A stretch of 64,000 bases of DNA, from the IMG/VR virus record IMGVR_UViG_3300033388_005412, positions 96,001 through 160,000 of that record, one strand, 5' to 3'. Numbering within the stretch: the stretch's first letter is position 1; the number at the start of each line of letters is the position of its first letter. The notes under the pieces are model-generated. The model saw only the letters and a program-made list of their open reading frames with translations, was not told where the DNA came from and did no database searches. The position numbers and the translations under genes are program-made. The DNA is from a virus (lineage: Duplodnaviria; Caudoviricetes). This document shows positions 58,396 through 64,000 of this stretch, one piece after another.

Positions 58396-58922
58396 AAAAC
58401 AAACAAAATATGTTGTTTAATGGTATAAAATTTTTAATTGCTGATGAGATTAAAAATGATAAATGTGGGGTGCATTTTATAAAAATGTCTAAGTTTTTTA
58501 ATCGTATTAAAATAAAGATATGGCTTGAACGTCCTGGTTTGTTTATCGGGTATCATGGTCGAAAGATAGATGATATTCAGGCAAAAATTGAAGATAATTT
58601 TAAATTAAAAGTAAAATTTGTATTAAAAGATTATGAACCTCTGCCAATAGATTTGAACAGTAATTTGATAATACCATTAGCTAGTGATTTATTAGATGCG
58701 CTTACAGAATCAGCGAAATTGGCGAAGGCATTAAAAAAGTATGGACAACACGATGAGAGTTGTATTGCTTGTCAGTGGCGAGAAGGACGACCGACTGCCG
58801 ATGGAGGATATGAAAGTCTGTTCGGTTATGGAAAAAATGCCAAATGGTATAAGCGTAACGAATATCCAGAATGCACTTGTGGATTTGCCAAAGCACTCGC
58901 AGAATATAAGGAGGATAAATGA
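58392..58922 (+). CDS. Hypothetical protein, N-terminus resembles a KH-like segment
   Basis: IKIWLERPGLFIGYHGRKID recalls the ribosomal uS3 KH motif RPGxxIGxxG; weak. Confidence 0.55.
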   Translation: MKNKQNMLFNGIKFLIADEIKNDKCGVHFIKMSKFFNRIKIKIWLERPGLFIGYHGRKIDDIQAKIEDNFKLKVKFVLKDYEPLPIDLNSNLIIPLASDLLDALTESAKLAKALKKYGQHDESCIACQWREGRPTADGGYESLFGYGKNAKWYKRNEYPECTCGFAKALAEYKEDK

Positions 58923-59170
58923 AAATGCCGGATGAATGCTCGAATTGTGATTATGTTAAAGCGTGTTATTGGGAAGAATCCTGGCCGTTATGTATCCGTA
59001 ATCCAAAATCTAACTTAAATTTAGTAGGACAGTTGGCGAAAAGATTGAAGGTTATTGATAAAAATATAACGATTATCTTCATGCCTAATCAGGAAGTTCA
59101 GATAAGTGAAGATGATAATATTCCGACGAATTATGATTTTAGCGATGCGTCTGATAAGGAGGAAAAATGA
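58919..59170 (+). CDS. Hypothetical protein
   Basis: ATGA coupling. Confidence 0.55.
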   Translation: MKMPDECSNCDYVKACYWEESWPLCIRNPKSNLNLVGQLAKRLKVIDKNITIIFMPNQEVQISEDDNIPTNYDFSDASDKEEK

Positions 59171-59406
59171 TAAAATCAAAATTGTATAAAGTTGAAAATC
59201 CGGCTGTTGAAGACGGCATTGAAGTATGGTTGGTTGTGGCGAAAACAAGCGTGGAAGCAATGCAGATGGTAAGAAATACATTAAATGAAAAAGCATTAAA
59301 ATATATTGATGAGGCTGGAGGTTTTGATGTAAAAATAATCGAGCCGAAATATGGTATTACTGATTATATCAGCTGGTTTATCCCCGCTGGAGGACCCGGA
59401 GTATAA
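59167..59406 (+). CDS. Hypothetical protein
   Basis: ATGA coupling. Confidence 0.55.
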   Translation: MIKSKLYKVENPAVEDGIEVWLVVAKTSVEAMQMVRNTLNEKALKYIDEAGGFDVKIIEPKYGITDYISWFIPAGGPGV

Positions 59407-59415
59407 GGAGGAAAA

Positions 59416-59691
59416 ATGAAAATTGATAAATACATGATGGCGACAAAAGCGATGCATACACTGGGAGATATAAGCAGAGACGTTGAAGATATTTGTTGTA
59501 TTCATGAGGAAAAAGATGATTGTTATATTGGAAGCTGGATCTCGGGTTATGGTTTCATAAATGTTGAATTTCCAAAAGAAACAACCCGCGAACTTACTTC
59601 TGATGAAGTTAAAAAATATAATGGACGTAATTATCAGATTTCTAATCAACCGCCTTTTAAATTGAATATTAAAAATAAGGAGGAAAAATGA
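59416..59691 (+). CDS. Hypothetical protein
   Basis: AAGGAGG RBS. Confidence 0.6.
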   Translation: MKIDKYMMATKAMHTLGDISRDVEDICCIHEEKDDCYIGSWISGYGFINVEFPKETTRELTSDEVKKYNGRNYQISNQPPFKLNIKNKEEK

Positions 59692-60002
59692 GATGGTGTG
59701 ATATGTTCGGCGAATTGTTCTCCGAACCTGTGAAAATTATATGCGATCTTAAAGTTAATGGATCTGTTTACAGTGATAGACTATTCACATGGGATATGAC
59801 AAAACATAATGTCTTATGCGAAAAACATTTCGGCGATGCCGGACAAAAATGGGATGATCGTGATCCAGTTAAAATAGAATTGTTTCTCCAGGATTATCTT
59901 GGGAAAAAATTAAAACTTGTTAAGATTATAAAATCAACAAATGCAAGTACCGGATTTCCGGTATATCAATTCGCATATCATATAGCTGAGGAGGATAAAT
60001 GA
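59688..60002 (+). CDS. Hypothetical protein
   Basis: ATGA coupling. Confidence 0.6.
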   Translation: MRWCDMFGELFSEPVKIICDLKVNGSVYSDRLFTWDMTKHNVLCEKHFGDAGQKWDDRDPVKIELFLQDYLGKKLKLVKIIKSTNASTGFPVYQFAYHIAEEDK

Positions 60003-60199
60003 AGACTTATAATATTGTAGTTATCAATGGAAAAACAATTTTAGGTACCGTTAAAGGATTAACAAAAAAACAAGTTATGAGAATACTTAATATAACTTCC
60101 ATGGAATTTTACACTTATAAACAATATGGATGTTTTGGATTGATTAAGAAAAAATCCAATTTATTTTTTGGATACAAAATAAAGGAGAATAAAAAATGA
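59999..60199 (+). CDS. Hypothetical protein
   Basis: ATGA coupling. Confidence 0.5.
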   Translation: MKTYNIVVINGKTILGTVKGLTKKQVMRILNITSMEFYTYKQYGCFGLIKKKSNLFFGYKIKENKK

Positions 60200-60621
60200 A
60201 ATTTAGAGGAAAACGAAAAGATAATGGTGAGCGGGTTAAAGGTGATTTGTTGAGAAATAAAATATCCTTAACTGGAGAAGGTAAAATCAATGGACAAATA
60301 ACTATTGATAATAAAACAACATTCACTGCTATTGTTGATAGTGACGGAGTTTTATACGAAGTCTACCCCGAAAGCGTCGGAATGTCCATACTTCGAAAGG
60401 ATAAACACGGAGTTGAGATATTCGGCTCAATTCCTATTAATGGCAAGATGAGCAGGGGTGGGGATATAATAAAGACGACGGGAAGTATTGACAATATTGA
60501 AACGGCAAAAATAGAATTCAAAAGAGGATGTTTTAAAGATAATTATTATGGATTTTGTTTAAGTGACAACAAAGAATATCAAATAGAAATAATCGGCAAG
60601 CAGTATGAGGAGGATAAGTGA
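60196..60621 (+). CDS. YopX-family protein
   Basis: MKFRGKRKDNGE.V.GDL...VYPESVG...KDKHG.EI...GDII...IEIIG. Confidence 0.72.
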   Translation: MKFRGKRKDNGERVKGDLLRNKISLTGEGKINGQITIDNKTTFTAIVDSDGVLYEVYPESVGMSILRKDKHGVEIFGSIPINGKMSRGGDIIKTTGSIDNIETAKIEFKRGCFKDNYYGFCLSDNKEYQIEIIGKQYEEDK

Positions 60622-60767
60622 ATATATGTATCATATGTAAGAAAGAATGTGGTAATGGTGGAACAGAATTGGATGGTGTACGATATCCCATACATCTAGA
60701 TTGTTATAAAAATTCTAATGAAGAAATTTTGAGGAAAACAATAGAAAAAAATAAAGAAGATAATTGA
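60618..60767 (+). CDS. Small Cys-containing protein (49 aa)
   Basis: GTG start after GGAGG; CIIC...HLDC. Confidence 0.45.
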   Translation: MNICIICKKECGNGGTELDGVRYPIHLDCYKNSNEEILRKTIEKNKEDN

Positions 60768-60836
60768 ATTTTAAAGAATATTTTTTGTTGATTGCCCGAC
60801 GGTCCAAAGACGTTCGGGTTGAAAAAGGAGGTAATC

Positions 60837-61124
60837 ATGAAGATTACAGTCGCTGGTATCAAACCGGCTAAGAAAGAGAAGAATGATGGTACGCCGAATC
60901 CTGTGAAGGCCTATGCTGGTCTGCACCTGGGAACCGAGGAAATGCCTAAGATGTGGGGCATTCACGGTATTAAGGTTGTCAAAGGTAAAAACGGACTGTT
61001 CGTGGCTATGCCTGGTTACAAAAACGGGGATAAGTTTCAGGATCAGGCCCATCCCTTGACTAAAGAAGGAAGAGAAATCGTTACGAATTTGGTGCTTGAT
61101 GCTTTTAAGAAGATAAAAGTGTAA
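60837..61124 (+). CDS. spoVG: SpoVG-family nucleic-acid-binding protein
   Basis: VKAYA...IHGIKVVKGKNGLFVAMP...FQDQAHPLT.E.R...VLDAF; start moved to 60837. Confidence 0.88.
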   Translation: MKITVAGIKPAKKEKNDGTPNPVKAYAGLHLGTEEMPKMWGIHGIKVVKGKNGLFVAMPGYKNGDKFQDQAHPLTKEGREIVTNLVLDAFKKIKV

Positions 61125-61145
61125 GTACAGACTGAGGTATAATAT

Positions 61146-61313
61146 GTGGCCGTGGCGCACTGTGAGGCGTTATATCACTGTAAGTTCTGGGGAAGAACTC
61201 TGATCAAGCTCTCCGGACAACTGCAGTGACGAACAAATAAAGGACAAACGGCAATGTTCCTGTCCAACATGGGACTAAGTGAACCGTAGCAGGTAAGAAT
61301 CCTGCCGGCTGCA
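61146..61313 (+). ncRNA. Candidate tRNA-shaped ncRNA (168 nt) with expanded central domain
   Basis: Acceptor GTGGCCG/CGGCTGC plus A, D-arm GCGC/GCGT, T-arm GCAGG-TAAGAAT-CCTGC, structured ~100-nt interior. Confidence 0.6.
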
Positions 61314-61332
61314 TATAAAAGGAGATAAATAG

Positions 61333-61488
61333 ATGGAATATATGATTACAGCAAATATTGTGTTAGCTTTAGTTAATGTAACAACTTCTAAAGGCTGGCA
61401 CACGAGATTGGGGTGGATTTGTGCCGCGCTTTATGGCGCGGGATGGTTATTAGCAAGAATACAGTTGGCAAAAATAATGGAACGATGA
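61333..61488 (+). CDS. Small membrane protein (51 aa)
   Basis: AAGGAG RBS; two hydrophobic segments. Confidence 0.55.
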   Translation: MEYMITANIVLALVNVTTSKGWHTRLGWICAALYGAGWLLARIQLAKIMER

Positions 61489-61497
61489 ATAATATAA

Positions 61498-61574
61498 GGG
61501 GCGGTGGCGGAATATGCTTTCCGTTAAATGCGGGCTCGTCATTAAGTTGGCAAATCAGAACGGCCGCCCCGCAA
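61498..61574 (+). ncRNA. Candidate cloverleaf-like ncRNA (77 nt)
   Basis: 8-bp closing stem GGGGCGGT/GCCGCCCC, 6-bp arm GCGGAA/TTCCGT, two weaker arms, 3' GCAA. Confidence 0.4.
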
Positions 61575-61599
61575 TGGAATTAAGTAATGAATGTGAATG

Positions 61600-61758
61600 A
61601 TGAAAGCAATGTATATGCGGCTTATGGACGAACTCGGCAGAGAGCCGACGGAAGACGAAATGGGCAACGAAAACGCACGGCTAATTGATAAGGCAAAAGA
61701 CAAAGCCGACGATGAGGCTTTGCAAGAAAAAGCGGAGGCAAGTAATGGGCTATTATGA
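61600..61758 (+). CDS. Hypothetical acidic protein (52 aa)
   Basis: MKAMYMRLMDELGREPTEDE; weak RBS. Confidence 0.4.
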   Translation: MKAMYMRLMDELGREPTEDEMGNENARLIDKAKDKADDEALQEKAEASNGLL

Positions 61759-61996
61759 TTATCAGGAAGATGTTGAAATGTCAAAATTTGATGCATCACT
61801 TAACAGAATGTTTCCCGATGGTAAATTTAAGAAACACAAAAGAGCGAAACATTTTGAGTTAAGTAACGGCGATATAGCGTGTGGTGCTACAAGCACAATT
61901 GGAAGAAGGTTAAACAGAACTGTTGTTGTAAAAAATGTGACTTGTGCGATATGTAAACATTTAATTAAAAAAGAAACGGAGGCAAGTAATGGATAA
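61745..61996 (+). CDS. Hypothetical protein with Cys/His motif
   Basis: Start moved to 61745 after GGAGG; H...IACG...VTCAIC. Confidence 0.58.
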   Translation: MGYYDYQEDVEMSKFDASLNRMFPDGKFKKHKRAKHFELSNGDIACGATSTIGRRLNRTVVVKNVTCAICKHLIKKETEASNG

Positions 61997-62216
61997 GACA
62001 GCGAGGGATATTTTGAATGAGGCGTTTGCAGATTATAAAGAAGCTGAAGATATTGGGAAAATGGATAAAATTTTTGAGAATACCCTGAAAGAATTGCGGC
62101 GGCTCTTGCCGAAAAAAAAGAAACCTGTTGTTTTTAATATAAATACGCCGATTAAAGATTACGAAAATAACGGCTGGAATCACTGCCTCAAAGCGGTGCG
62201 GGAGGTGCTGAAATGA
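61989..62216 (+). CDS. Hypothetical protein
   Basis: GGAGG RBS; GWNHCL motif. Confidence 0.6.
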   Translation: MDKTARDILNEAFADYKEAEDIGKMDKIFENTLKELRRLLPKKKKPVVFNINTPIKDYENNGWNHCLKAVREVLK

Positions 62217-62629
62217 AAAAGATTAAATTCAGATTACGGAGAGATAAAAAAATTGTTGGTTATGAGAAATGGTATAGTGGCGAAATAGAAAAAGCTAATC
62301 CGTGGTGGTTATATTCCGACGACGGTAAAATTTGGAATCCCGGACATATACCTCACAATCAAAAAGACCAATACACCGGGCTGAAGGACAAGAACGATAA
62401 GGAGATTTATGAGGGGGATATTGTAAAACAGAATGGAGGCAGATGGTGTAGAAAAGAATATAAGAATAGTATTTATGAAGTATTCTGGGATAATGAACAC
62501 GCACAAATATCTTTCAAACATATAGGCGGTGGTAAAAGCAGTAGTATATTCAGACCTCACACAAGTTGTAAAGATTGTGGACTAAAAATAGTCGGCAACA
62601 TCTACGAGAACCCGGAATTTATAAAATGA
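62213..62629 (+). CDS. YopX-family protein
   Basis: IKFR...QYTGLKDKNDKEIYEGDIV...IVGNIYENPE. Confidence 0.9.
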   Translation: MKKIKFRLRRDKKIVGYEKWYSGEIEKANPWWLYSDDGKIWNPGHIPHNQKDQYTGLKDKNDKEIYEGDIVKQNGGRWCRKEYKNSIYEVFWDNEHAQISFKHIGGGKSSSIFRPHTSCKDCGLKIVGNIYENPEFIK

Positions 62630-62781
62630 CCGACCTCGCAAAGCTATTCCTGTTCGGGTTCGGCGTTATCTGCGGATTTTCCGGGGGCGTATGGTGGGCG
62701 AGGAATAACGTGAGTGACTGCGGCGAGATAAAACAGCCGGAGATAGACGAGGGGGAGGTAGGTATAGGAGGTAAACTATGA
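62626..62781 (+). CDS. Small membrane protein (51 aa)
   Basis: ATGA coupling at 62626; LFLFGFGVICGFSGGVWW. Confidence 0.5.
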   Translation: MTDLAKLFLFGFGVICGFSGGVWWARNNVSDCGEIKQPEIDEGEVGIGGKL

Positions 62782-62945
62782 TATGTGAACGATGTCAAAT
62801 GGAATTAGCGTATGCTGAGGGGCGAAAAATCATCTATAATGATGATGAATTATGGGTATGCGCAAAATGTCTTGAAGAAATAAGGCGGAAAAATATAAAG
62901 GAAAGTGAGGAAGAAGATAAAAAACAAAAAATATATAGGAAGTAA
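62778..62945 (+). CDS. Small zinc-ribbon protein (55 aa)
   Basis: AGGAGGT RBS; CERC...CAKC. Confidence 0.5.
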   Translation: MICERCQMELAYAEGRKIIYNDDELWVCAKCLEEIRRKNIKESEEEDKKQKIYRK

Positions 62946-62964
62946 ATATAGAGGAGATAGGGAT

Positions 62965-63225
62965 ATGAGTAAACTTAAAGCGTGTCCGTTTTGTGGAAAG
63001 AAAAATGTACTGTTATATCATCAAGCTGCCGGCAAATGGTATGTTGAATGTAATTGTCAAATTGAGCAATCAACAGAAGAAAAGGCAATCAAAGCGTGGA
63101 ACACCCGCTCCGTTGACGTGGCGGAGATTGAGGCGGTGATAAGAAATTATATGACAGAAAATCAATGCTGTATAGGTGACGAACATATAAAAACGATAGC
63201 GGAGAAGTTGGGGGGTAGATTATGA
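62965..63225 (+). CDS. Lar-family restriction-alleviation-like protein
   Basis: LKACPFCG...VECNC...EKAIKAWNTR; start moved to 62965. Confidence 0.78.
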   Translation: MSKLKACPFCGKKNVLLYHQAAGKWYVECNCQIEQSTEEKAIKAWNTRSVDVAEIEAVIRNYMTENQCCIGDEHIKTIAEKLGGRL

Positions 63226-63560
63226 AAAAGATTATTTTGATTGTGGCAGTTGTGGTGATGTGTGGGTGTTCACGCTCTTTGAGTATAAACCCATTTGACG
63301 AAAGCCATAATCCCGGACCATATAGACATCTACTAATAGGAGAAGTAGGGATTGGTCAGCCGACAGAAGAATACAGATTAGATTGTCTTGAAAAGAAAGT
63401 GGACTGGATTATGGAACACGAAGGATATTGGCAAATCAAAGAAGGGACAGTAACGATTAACCATTCACGATATAAAGACTGGATTGTGCCATTTCTTAAC
63501 ACAGGATATAAATTCAAAACGTGGGCTGAAATCTACGAGGAGGAGCACAATGACAAATGA
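63222..63560 (+). CDS. Putative lipoprotein
   Basis: MKKIILIVAVVVMCGC signal peptide with lipobox-like Cys. Confidence 0.6.
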   Translation: MKKIILIVAVVVMCGCSRSLSINPFDESHNPGPYRHLLIGEVGIGQPTEEYRLDCLEKKVDWIMEHEGYWQIKEGTVTINHSRYKDWIVPFLNTGYKFKTWAEIYEEEHNDK

Positions 63561-64000
63561 CATAGCATACTTAGGGCAGTTGAAAAAGCAGGAGGCGGAG
63601 ATTGATAGGTTGAAGGCGGAGAATGAGAGATTAACCGAAATAATAGAATCAACAGCGAGTGTATTAGACACTGAATGTCCTGATATTGGAGCATATCCAG
63701 ATGGGCATTGTAGTCTTGTAGAAGGAACAGAACTGTTAACGGCAGAGGTTGCGAAGTTAAGAAAAATCAATAGCGACGTATCTGAAATGTTATCTGCCAT
63801 TAGGGAATGTGATAATATAAATATCACAACCGAGACAAAGACGTGGATGGATGCTGTAGAGAAAGTAAACGAACTCCAATCACAGCTCAAAGCAATCCGT
63901 GAGGTGGCGAGCGTGGATAAGTTAAATAACATTTGTGAAGATATATTTATAAATAACTACCCTATTAGTAGTTGTAGACCATTACCAGAATATACAGAAT
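63550..64000 (+). CDS. Hypothetical coiled-coil protein, partial
   Basis: GAGGAG RBS; frame stays open to the window end. Confidence 0.6.
   Translation, partial: MTNDIAYLGQLKKQEAEIDRLKAENERLTEIIESTASVLDTECPDIGAYPDGHCSLVEGTELLTAEVAKLRKINSDVSEMLSAIRECDNINITTETKTWMDAVEKVNELQSQLKAIREVASVDKLNNICEDIFINNYPISSCRPLPEYTE

Noticed and set aside
61146-61313. Canonical tmRNA
   Set aside because: Only 168 nt, has a paired D-stem, non-canonical T-loop, no visible tag frame ending in an Ala-Ala-type degron; kept as an unclassified tRNA-like RNA
47184-63932. Minus-strand ORFs in the right-hand region (e.g. 50866-51252, 60771-61160, 63465-63932)
   Set aside because: Antisense to tightly coupled SD-led plus-strand genes

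Overview
Fragment of a large, AT-rich myovirus-type phage genome (standard genetic code, strong AAGGAGG Shine-Dalgarno sites). Positions 1-46.3 kb are almost all on the minus strand. They hold a morphogenesis module: putative small terminase, large terminase, portal, prohead protease/scaffold, major capsid, neck proteins, contractile sheath, several tail-tube paralogues, a duplicated tail chaperone and a 2851-aa tape-measure-like protein. They also hold an accessory block: ribosomal protein bS21, phosphoesterase, nucleotidyltransferase, three atypical tRNAs with an HNH gene, RecD2 on the plus strand, RNA ligase and an AAA ATPase. Four inteins sit in morphogenesis genes: two in tandem in the tape-measure-like protein, one in a tube paralogue and one in the putative small terminase. 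From 46.5 kb to the end is a plus-strand run of short, probably early genes. It includes a compact 661-aa YonO/RdRP-like two-barrel RNA polymerase flanked by structured, repeat-rich non-coding regions, a membrane-anchored HIRAN protein, YopX and Lar-like genes, and a SpoVG homologue followed by two tRNA-shaped candidate ncRNAs. All family calls come from motif recognition by eye; no database search or folding program was run.
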